A stretch of 64,000 nucleotides of DNA, taken from the NCBI RefSeq assembly GCF_009914755.1, contig NC_060932.1; one strand, written 5' to 3'. The position numbers and the translations under genes were made by a program. Source of the DNA: the human T2T-CHM13v2.0 reference genome, Homo sapiens. Below the pieces are notes generated by a model that worked only from the letters and a program-made list of their open reading frames with translations, was not told the DNA's origin and did no database searches. Below are positions 53,729-64,000 of the stretch, in pieces (within the stretch, counting starts at the first letter, position 1; every line of letters begins with the position of its first letter).

Positions 53729-54523
53729 TCATAGATCCTTTTATGAAATGAAGGCCCCACACTCCCTTGACTTCTGTTTGCAATAAACAATCCTGCTTAC
53801 TTCCTTTATAACATACTGTGATCTGCACTGATATTATTGGTTTGTTTGCTTGTTGATGCTCTTTCTCTCTTCCTAGTACTGAGCTCTCTCTTGTGGCTAG
53901 TGATAGCTTTTGACTTGTGCATCACTAATTTCCTCAATGCCTAGAAAAACTTGGCATATAGTAGTTAATCAGTAAAAAAAAAAAATTACTGTTAATGGAT
54001 TATTCTAGTGAGAAGTCCAAATGCTGAAGATACTGTCTTTTCAGAGAACAGATTCTTTTCATGGTGTTGTCATTGAACATGCCAGCCAGTGATGAATTCA
54101 GATATCACAAGTATGATATGTGTTACAAGAGGGGGAAGTATTAAAACAGTACCATCTGCAATGATGGAAATGTATCTTAAGTAAAGGATCACAAGTCATG
54201 TCAATCAAGATTTATTGGGTCATGTGAGAGTGTGTTAGGTATATAATTATTGAATTCATAACTATTTATACCCTAGATGAATACATAACATGTTTTCAAA
54301 GATAAATGAAAAATAAGATTTTTCCCCTATGGATATATGGAGAGATAAAGAGAAATAAAATCAAGAAAAATAAGGAAAAAGACAGGTATGAGTTTATTTT
54401 ACTGCTCAAAATATATGCCATAAATTCTCTGATATTGTGCTAAAGTGGGGTTGTAAGTTTTGTTCTGGCTTTCCTAGCAGCTTTCATAATGAGTAAAATA
54501 TGATTTAGTATGTGATTTATAGG

Positions 54524-55375
54524 CAGGGCCAGCCACATAATTTGCTGGCCCCAGTGCAAAATGAAAATGTGTGGCCCCCTTATTCAAAACGCTGGAAAAA
54601 TGCCACTAAATGTAATAAAACATGAGCCTTTTTTTCTTTATTCCATCCTTTCTTTCTCAACCTGTCATGGTGTTCGTTGTTTGTTATTTAATGGTGCACT
54701 CCTTTGGGTGTGGGGACACCAGCTGGGTGAATGCAGACTCTCACAGGCACTGGGAGCCTCACTCCTAACTTGGCTCACGTGGCCCACGTATTGCCAAGTT
54801 CTCCTTCCTGTTAGCCACCAAACCTACACACTGTGCCTCTCTGGGGCAGGAAGCCAGTCTGCCTTTCCATGGCCCTCTGTCTCAACCCGTAACGAATGGG
54901 TAACCTTCTAGGGATTGAAAATCCTGAATTGGGAATGAGTAATAGCCTTGCCTTACCAAATACATATCGTTCTGTCAGCCAGGGACACAGACCACCACTG
55001 TCTTGCCCCACCCTGAGACGCCACAGGGTACACACCATCCGACCCAGACCCTCCCCATGACATATGTGGATGCACAAACCCTCCCAATGTAAAGTGGTCA
55101 CTGGCCTGCGAGAAGGAGGACAGGCAGTGCCTGAGATGCAAAGGGGCAGGAGGCATCAGCAGTGCGTAGTGGGGCTAGGATGGAGGAGGTCATGTACAGC
55201 CAGAGCAACAGAAACCAAGGCAATGGGAAGCCAAGTATCCATTCCAGGGAAGCCATGGGATGCAGAGCTGTGAGATGAGGCTCTAAGCCTGCATGCATCC
55301 TCTACTGTCCCATGCTACTCCTCTTACAGAATACAAACTGAAAGATAAAATCATTAAGAATTTCCAAACAGTGAC
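54524..55375. mobile_element. MER45-family (hAT-Tip100) long variant
   Basis: cagggccagccacataatttgctggccccagtgcaaaatgaaaatg...cccttattcaaaa; near the end cattaagaatttc. Confidence 0.7.
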
Positions 55376-55577
55376 TAGCTGCCTTGCTCCTTTCACCATG
55401 TGAGGACACAATGAGAAGACGCCATCTATGAACCAGGAAGAAGGTTCTCAATAGACTTTGAATCTCCTGGCCACTTGGTCTTAGACTTTCAAGATTCCAG
55501 AACTGTTTGAAATAAATTTCTGTTGTCTATAAACTATTTAGTTTATATATCTTGTGAGAGCCCAATGGGCTAAAACA
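55376..55577 (+). mobile_element. MLT1A-like LTR, 3' half
   Basis: ccatgtgaggacaca...ccatctatgaaccaggaag...ccagaactgt...aataaatttctgttg. Confidence 0.8.
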
Positions 55578-55749
55578 GTGATGTAATTGGAGGTCCTTGG
55601 AATCTTACACCAGTGCAATAAAGTTACCATGTTTACATACCTGCATACATCATCATGATACTCCTTTCCAGTTGGAAGGGAAGATAATAAACACATAAAT
55701 GAATAAAATAAACATCACCAGATAGTGAGTCCACAAGCTGTAGGAAACA

Positions 55750-56050
55750 CTGGGGTGCTTTTTCACTCTTTGGATGTGCCTTTCTCATACTGCACCTACT
55801 TACACATCATTCATTCAACATCTTTCCATCCTTCATATTTCAGCTCCAAATCCCTTCTCTTAGGAAGACTTCCCTAAGACTACTTTCTCCTTTTACTTTT
55901 CCTTCATATTATTCACAGAGTTTGTAATTATGAATTTGTTTATATTATCATTTTACTGTCTATTTACCTCTGTCTAAACCAGAAGCTCTAAAGAGCAGGG
56001 GTATGTTTTGTCCTGCACTTTTTATATGTTCCTAGTAGCTAGCACAGTTA
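55750..56050. mobile_element. L2 fragment
   Basis: ttcagctccaaatcccttctcttaggaagacttccct...gaagctctaaagagcaggg...tagcacag. Confidence 0.55.
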
Positions 56051-56392
56051 TCCTAGCTTTTGTGGAAGTCGTATCTCCCTCCAATGGGAAAATTAAATTT
56101 TAAAATTGTATTGAAAACACACTATGTGCCAGAAATATTGCTAAATCCCTGTGATAACATGATGAACAAGACTCAAGATCCATGCTGCCAGGAGGGATGA
56201 TTCTGTTCATTTCCAGACTTATAATCAATTTTTGTCTACTATCTCCCTGTTCCAACCATGTATTATGTTATACCTGTTGTTTCTTAAGCATAGACTGTCT
56301 ATCCATCCTGCAATACTTTTTGATCAAAATATGTCCTCCTTCCAGATATTTTCTTTTCTTCCTTCCTTTTCCTACAATTTTGTTTGAATTCC

Positions 56393-56858
56393 ATGTTGTA
56401 GCAGATTTCTAGTAGTCCCTAGAACAATTTCTTCTCTTTCAGTTGTAGATTTTAAGAGTGCATGACATTCTACCTGAAGACTACATGTTCCAGCCTCCCT
56501 ATCTGTTAGGCGTGGGCGAGTCCTACATTCTTGCCAATGGGTAGGTGTGATGCTGCCACTTCCATACCATGGGCTCAAAAGGAAATTGTTTGCATTCCAC
56601 TTCAAATGTGTGGACTCTTACTTTGACCTAGAATGTGAATGATTATGGTGGAAATTCACCTTCAACCTTGCAGGTGAAAACAAGTCCCCAGGGAAGAGCA
56701 GAAAAAGGAAACAACGTTAGGACATGGTTATATTCCAACCTTGTCTGCTGGCCTTCTTTGGGCTCTCTGGTGAGATAAAAATACAATTCCATCTTATTTA
56801 AGTCATCGTATTTTGGGTCCCTTTTTCTAGTAGTTAAATCCACACTCTAAGTAATACA
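56393..56858 (+). mobile_element. Ancient MLT1 LTR
   Basis: gactacatgttccagcctccct...ttcttgccaatggg...atttaagtcatcgtattttggg...taataca. Confidence 0.65.
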
Positions 56859-56906
56859 TATGTTTTCACAGCACATTAATCTGGACATAATCCATTCTCA
56901 GCTCCC

Positions 56907-57990
56907 TGTGGTAGGCAGAATGCTCCCCACCCCACCCAAAGATGTCCATGGAACATGTGAATATGTTATGTTACATGCCAAAAAGGGACTTTGCAAATGT
57001 AATTAAAATTGAGGATGTTAAAATAGGAATATTAACATGGATTATTTGAGTCTGCACAATCTAATCTCATGAGCCCTTAAAATCCAAGAATTTACAGCCT
57101 GGAAGCAGAAGAGATGCAGCTGAAGGAGAAGCCAGAGAGGTTAGAAAAGAGGAAAAAACTCAATGCACTATCACTGGTTTGAAGATGGAGAGGTCATGTG
57201 ACAAGGAGGCCATATGACCAGCTTGAAAGAACTGTGAGAGGTTCCTAGATGGAATAGGGACCTCAGCCCTACAATCACAAGGAACTGAATTCTACCAAGA
57301 ACTCTGAATGCTCTTGGAAGAAAATTCTTCTTCAGAGCCTGCAGATAGAAGGCCAGGCCAGCTGACACCTTGAGTTCAGCTTTATGAGACTTGAAGCAGA
57401 GGAACTAGCTGAGCCCACCTGGACTCATTTCAGATTTCTGCGAGATAACACATTTGTGTTGTTTTAAGCTGCTAAATTTGTGGTGATTTGTTATGACAAT
57501 GCATGAGTTTCCTAAGGCTGCTGTAAGAAATAACAAAAACCTTGGAGGCTTAAAATAACAAAAATTTATTTTCTCACAGTTCTGCTGGCCAGAAGTTCAA
57601 AATCAAGGGGCTGGCAGAGCTGCACTCCCTCTGGAGGCCGTCAGGGAGAATCCGTGTCTTGATCCTTCCGGCTTCTTGTGGCTCTCCTGCATTTCTTGAT
57701 GTTCGTTGGCTTGTGACCCTAGCGCTAATCTCTGCCTCCCTCTTCATATAGGCCTCTCCTCTGTGTATGTCTGTGTCTGATCTCCTTCTTCCTCCCTCTT
57801 CTAAGGCTCATGCGATTGTATTTAAGGCCCACTCAGATAATCCAGGATAAACTCCTCTTCTCAATATCCGTAACTTCATCAGCTCTTTTGCAATATTAGG
57901 TCATATGGAGAGGTTCTAGGGATCAGGAAGTGCATCTACCTTTGTGGAACAATTTTTTTCAGCTTACCACAGGCAGCGACAGAAAACACA
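56907..57990 (+). mobile_element. MLT1E-like LTR, 3' end interrupted by an MLT1C
   Basis: tgtggtaggcagaat...gggacctcagccctacaatcacaaggaactgaattc...ttttaagctgctaaatttgtggtgatttgtta | ggcagcgacagaaaac. Confidence 0.8.
57500..57971 (-). mobile_element. MLT1C-like LTR
   Basis: tgcatgagtttcctaaggctgctgtaa...cagggagaatcc...cagataatccaggat...cttaccaca. Confidence 0.85.
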
Positions 57991-59334
57991 CTCTGCTCAT
58001 TTTAAAGACTATAAAGACAATGACTAAAGATGTCACATGGCTTGCACACAGTCTGTGACGTGACTTCTTAGGGAAAAAGAAAAGCATAGGATGGGTTTGA
58101 TTACTGGCTCCATCACCTATTCTAGGCAAATACTTGACCATTATTTGCCTATAAAATAGAGATAATAGTATCTATATTGCATGATTATGAGTAAATTATA
58201 TAGTATACTATAAAGTATCAGGGCATGCTTAGCATATAGTAGATACTCAACAAATGGCTGCTATAATCATTATCATCATTCGATATAAAATAAGGTGGCA
58301 GTTTCTTTGTAACTTCCTTTTCCTCTGGTCACTTGTAGAATTTATCAGCTCTATTCATCATAATTTACTGTTTTCTCTATAACGTATGAATTTATTTATT
58401 TATAACTTTAAATATAGGCAGATTTTAAGACCCTTGAGTCAAGAATTAGGCTTTATTTTGGTTCCAGCTTTCCCTGCTTGGTAGATATTTAACAATGTTT
58501 GTGGATCATCTTTATTTAACAAAAACCCAGGTTGGAGAGCAGTCTCAACACATCACCTTCAATAGAAACAGATTCAATTGTGAAAGTGCTGAAAGACAAG
58601 GTAGATTTTTTGAGAGCTGAGTTAAACTGTAAGACTTCCCCCAAAATACCTTTGGCTTATTTATCTCCCCAAAAGTCTTTATCTCATGACAACTCCTTTT
58701 TTGTCTCTCTTTTCCCCAAATTTTGTCTTTCCTCTTTCCCAGTTTCTTCTTCTGCTTCTTCTCTCTCACTGATATTTTCTTCTCTAAAAGCCTCATAGCC
58801 TTTATGTTATGTGCTTTGATTTAGTATCTCATGGATTTTCCAAATACAGTTCTCCACCACTGACCACGATCAGCACGAAAATGGACTGAGCAAAGCCAAC
58901 AAATAATTATTTGGAAGGAAGATGAGTCAAAATGATTACTTTTCTTCTATTGTTCTCATCATAGTCTTAAATCTTCTTTAAAAAAAAATCAAAGATAGGG
59001 AACAGAAACTCAAGGTAAAAACACTAACGTAGGGGTTATTGAACTGCAAACACAATGTGAAAAAACTTATTTGGGAGCATGTTCTGCTCTGGGGAAGGAA
59101 ATGGCCTTAAGTAAGCACATTATTTGGTTCTTCCTGCTGAAACCCTGAAGTGCATGGAATGCATGATAAATCCACCAGTGCCATACAGAGTCCACAGCTT
59201 GAATGTTAGAATAAGCATTTGTACAATACCCTTCATATTAAAAAAAAATCACAGGCAAGGACTTAAAACCCAATACATTTCTGGCAATTGTAAAATCCCA
59301 TGTGTGCTTTTAAAAACTATGGAAGACATGAGGA

Positions 59335-59847
59335 TGAAGTAGACAGAATAATGACCCCCAAAGATGTCAGTGTCTTAATCTCTGGAACCTGTGAATACAT
59401 GGTGGAGGGGGATTAAAGTTGCAGATGAAACTAAGGCTGCTAATCAGCAGACACAGAGAGCACCTTTGGTAACCAGTCAGCCCCAGTGTAATCAGGATGG
59501 CCCTTAAATGTAGAAAGAGACATAAGAAAGAGATGTGAATACTGAGGAATGGTCAAACAAATGCAGTTTCTGGCTTTGAGGATGGAAGGATGGGGGCCAT
59601 GAGCCAAGGCATCTGGGTGGCCCCTAGATGCTGGAAAAGGCGAGTGAATGGATTCACTGCTAGAGCTTCCAAGAAACACAGCCCTGCTGACATCTTGATT
59701 TTAGCCTAGTATCTGTATTGGTATCGGTATCTGAGAACTGAATCTGATTTAAAACCAACAAAACTGTAAAATTAAAAAAAAATGCATGTTCTTTTAAGTC
59801 ACCAAGTCTGTGGAAATTTTTTATGGCAGTCATTAAAACCTGATACT
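59335..59847 (+). mobile_element. MLT1D-like LTR
   Basis: cagaataatgacccccaaagatgtc...gctggaaaaggc...cagccctgctgacatcttgattttagcc. Confidence 0.85.
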
Positions 59848-61451
59848 AAGGACTTAGCCTGAATTGTATTCTTTAACTTGAACATCCCAATGTGCTATTT
59901 TATTTATGGATGTCTTGTCTTTACATAAATTAATTCTTCTTTCTCACCGTATTCTCTGCCCCTAATTAATCATTTTTCTATGTATGACATATTAGACTAG
60001 TATCAGAACATCAAATGTCATTTTTTTGAGAAAGAATGATAATTAACTTATAGTTGGAATTGTAAAAACCCAAATTAGTTGAAATTATCCTGAAGATACA
60101 GAGTCATTTCTCTTTTTTTAACATAGGAAATGGAGATAAGGAATCTGACATATATCTGAGGTATTTCTACAGCAAAAAAATTTGACCAATATGCATGAAC
60201 CTGCTGTACCACCCTGAAACAGCATCTTTTATCATGATTGAATCACTGAGGATAAAAGAGAAAGCTTCATTGATAAAGCGGTGAAGCATTCAGAAACTCT
60301 CTTTTCCTTTTCCAGTCTCAAAAAAAGACCTGACTCATTCTATTACAACACCAATATTTGCCTGTCATCTTCATCCATTAACAATACTGGATCAGGTTGT
60401 TTAGATTGGGTATAGCAATTCTAAAATCCTTTACTCTTAAATTTGAACTACACTTTTTTCAAAGTAGAAAAATGATGGAGAGAGAAGAAAGTATCTTTCA
60501 TGATTTTTGTTTGTTTGCTTTGATGATTTTTTTTTGCTTTTTGCATTTAAACATATCAATCTTATTTAGTAGAATAATTATATAATCACCATTCCACAGC
60601 AGTACAACCAACAATGAATCCATAGTTGTTTCAATTGAAGAGACAGATCCCCTTGAGACGATTGGCTGAGAAATTATTATTTATTGATGCAGCATAGGAT
60701 AAATTTTAAAATGCTGTGTCACATGAAAGACAAAGAAAAGTATAGGGATACTTTCAATTGAGAATCCCAGTGAAGGAGCTCTTCACAGATAAACTAGAGG
60801 CTCTAAGTTGAGAACTTCTGCCTGGTTTTAAAATGTCTTCAAGTCTTAAAAATGGATGCATTTTTCCCTGTCTCATGCTCCTCTCTCCTCTGTTATACCA
60901 CTTTGGGAAATGTTAGTGTTTCCTCGTACACTGACTCCTTTTTCTCAATCGGCCTCTGATCTCTTTTCATCATCTGCCACTCTACATTACATTCACAATC
61001 TGCCACTCTCCCAAGGACATCCAGGATTTCCACAGCGACTTTCTTCCATGGCAGTTTATTCAAATGTGCATTTCTCTCATCTGGAAGACTCAAAGGCACC
61101 CCCTCTCACTACCTACTACTTTAGCTTGAAAACCTCTTTCTGGCAAAGTCTTATTTGTTCTCCAAATCTTAGTTCTTATTCCTGATATTGTCTCTGCCCT
61201 TCCTCCTTGATTCAGATCCTTTCCCCATGTTCTCTGTACTTTGACAGTCTCGTCCTGGATGCTCTCCTATCTATTAAATTGCAACCATTTGTTTACCAGC
61301 CTGAAGCCTTTCACAGACACCAAGTGAATTGATAGCTGGGTTGCTGCAAATCCATCTTTTAATATCACTAAAGCTTCAAAATAGTGCCTTCACAGATAAC
61401 AGATGTTCAATAAATGCTGAATTAGTAGATCAACAGGTGAAACTAAATCTG

Positions 61452-61515
61452 CTATAATATTTTTACATTTCTCTAATTATAGACTATAATATTTTTATAT
61501 TTCTCTAATTGTAGA
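61452..61515. repeat. 32-bp tandem duplication (2 copies, 2 mismatches)
   Basis: ctataatatttttacatttctctaattataga / ctataatatttttatatttctctaattgtaga. Confidence 0.9.
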
Positions 61516-64000
61516 CTTAATTCAAGTTGTTGGCAAATGGCAATCTGTGGAAGAAAAATGAGGATCAAGCCTATTACAGCCAAGTACTTATCTTCCCCCT
61601 ATAGTTTCAAAGTGCTTTTAAAAGAGTAATTAGCAGTCCTTTACTACATCAGCACCATAATCCCCTTTCCTAAAAATGCCAGAGGTCACCTCAGAATTGA
61701 ATGGCTGAGCAAGGATTAAAACATAAGAATAAGGGGACTTTGGTTAAGTTAACAGGATCACTGCTTTCTTGTCCTTGTTAAATATGCTTTCTGGACCATA
61801 ACAAGAAAGCATGGTGGGGCCAGGGGTGGAGTGGTCATGGGTTGAAGAAGTTAAGGGGAAAAGAAGATTTATAGGTTGATAGTAATCAGTTCATCTTATA
61901 ATATGCTTCTCTTCTGATTGCCTTGCTTGAATTCTTCAACATGACTTCCTTCATTAATGATAAACAAGAGTTGCATATCTTCAGACTTCATGATGCTTAT
62001 TTTTGTTACAAAGACACCCTTATGTAGACTTTTTAAACACTGGCAATTCCCCATGCAAATAAAAAATCCCCAGAGTCTTTGAAAGAAGTGGAGAAACTTT
62101 AAATTTTCTTGAATAAAAGATGATCTGAAATACATGGTTCTTCTTTGGAATTAACCATTCGCCTCTTCCAAACGTGTTGTTACCTGTAATCCATGAATTT
62201 CCCCTCCATTTGTAGACTGAAATCTCCAATAAAAGCCACCAAAATCATTTCTCTAGTTTATAGTTGGCTGATCTTGGTGGACTGGGAGGATGTGGTGGGT
62301 GTTGTACAGGTAACAACCTAGGTTTATATCCTGGGGACTCTCAACAGACTTCAATCAAAGAAGAGAACTAAACTATAGGCATGAGTACATTATGTAGTAT
62401 ATTCCACTGGAAATTCAGGATGAAACTGTGAGATGTAAAGACAGAAGGAGTAGCTTGCCTGATGACAAGCTTTTTATTTACATTTAGTCCTGGCTATACT
62501 ATTCGTTGGGTCTATGGAGTCCCCTGCATCATCAAATAGAACCTCCATTTTCTTCAATCTTCTTCACTGAGTGATTATAAACAAATAACAAAATAATTTA
62601 GTATGCTAAACAATTCTAAGCCCTGAAGAGAAAATTAATACTTACTAGGCATTTACTATGTGCCAGCCTACTGGAACATTGCATTTTATGTAGACATAAG
62701 ATTAATATTTAAATGTGTATAATGCATTTCTAAAATGTTTAAAAATTTTTATAAGTTTACTTCACAGATTAAAAAAACTAAAAAATACTACACTGCTTGC
62801 TCAAGGTCTTCTACTTAGTAATTATTGGAGATAAAATTCAAATAGTTTTGATAACACAAAAATCTTGTCAAGGTTGCCACCACCACCAAAATGGGAAATC
62901 TTGCAGAAAACAAAACAATGAAAAAATATAGAGAGGAGTAAAAAAGTAGAGAAATTTTGACATGAGCACTGAGAAAAATTAAGCCCATTCTTTTAGACAT
63001 GAAACAGACCAAAATTGTAGGTGTGATTCAGGATGGATGTGAGGAGAAGATGGGGAAGAAGAAAAAGAAGGAGAATGATGGAGAAACAAGGATGGTTCCA
63101 CAGTGGGAACTTTTTAAAATGCAAGTACCAAAGGAGATTACCAAGGCTGAATTTTTTGAAATGTACCCTTTGACTTTGAGAACAGTTAGTACAAAAATGC
63201 CTCTTGCACTTAACGTAAATTAACAAAATGTGGTCAACAAGACCACAACTTAAGATGAAGTTCTACCTTTTCTTTATTAAACTTCATAAAACAAAACATG
63301 ATTCTTTGACCAAGTGAATCCTTATATAAATTATTTAAATTATATCCAAGCTGGTTGTGGTTGTCATGTCTAATTTCTTTCGTAGCATTTCCTTATGTTA
63401 AGGTCCGCAACTTCTAAGTCCAAGTTTTGGGGTGTTCCTTGTTTGCCTAGAACTTTCATGTACTTGCTTCAAGATCAATGTTACCAAATTTATTTTCACA
63501 GATGTAGCCTGGTAGGCTTTTATCAAACACATAGGAGCTTTGATTATTTGTGTTTGGAAAATTCGAAGTTTAGCAAAGCTAAACAGCTTTTATTTTTTTC
63601 CTTAATTATTAAACTGCAGTACTCCTCTGAACACATTCTGAATTTTCACATGCAGGATTCTCAAATAGTTTTGATCTCACCTTCTTCTTACAGAGAAAAA
63701 CATCATATACTAGTGTTTTGGGGAAGACATAATGGGACCTCAGTTCTTGATCAAGAGTCTACTATACAAAGGCCTGGAAATATCAGTTAATCTTCAAGCC
63801 TTACCTAGGTATCTACTGGTGCTTATTTTCTATACTTTCTTTTAGGGTTGATTTCCAGTAGAAAGGGAAGTATGCTAACCATTATCCGTTTTCAGACTTT
63901 AGTAACCTGCTCTTTGAGAACATCCCATTTTTTTTTCTTAGAGGATTCAAAATACCAGAAATATCAAAAGTAGTTTCTCTTCATTAAAAGTTTGAAACCT

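Noticed and set aside
58531-58600. Possible exon cccag|...aag|gtagat encoding SLNTSPSIETDSIVKVLKDK
   Set aside because: No polypyrimidine tract, weak donor, no recognisable homology
62999-63223. 74-aa ATG ORF with a Lys/Glu-rich stretch
   Set aside because: Purine-rich low-complexity sequence; no recognisable family, promoter or convincing splice context

Overview
Primate, most likely human, non-coding genomic DNA. It is AT-rich and CpG-depleted, with no CpG island and no supportable protein-coding exon, tRNA, rRNA or CRISPR array. Much of the window is recognisable interspersed repeat: eight Alus (J and S-type), several L1 fragments, many MaLR LTRs, an ERV-L (HERV16/LTR16-like) pol-dUTPase remnant with its 3' LTR, DNA transposons (Tigger4, Charlie1, MER33, MER82, MER96B, MER45, MER5) and MIR/L2 relics. 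The MaLR set includes a full-length THE1 provirus and an ancient MLT1 provirus with nested insertions. The longest ORFs in the track come from simple repeats or transposon sequence. The most unusual elements are: a ~1.2-kb CpG-rich alternating purine/pyrimidine VNTR with higher-order units; two 5'-inverted (twin-primed) L1 insertions about 2 kb apart, one only 172 bp with a perfect 18-bp TSD; a patch of locally templated direct and inverted micro-duplications with two abutting perfect hairpins; an unexplained ~430-bp insert splitting an MLT1 LTR; and an unannotated 142-bp fold-back. I found no evidence for a novel gene system. Subfamily names come from recalled consensus motifs and need RepeatMasker/Dfam confirmation.
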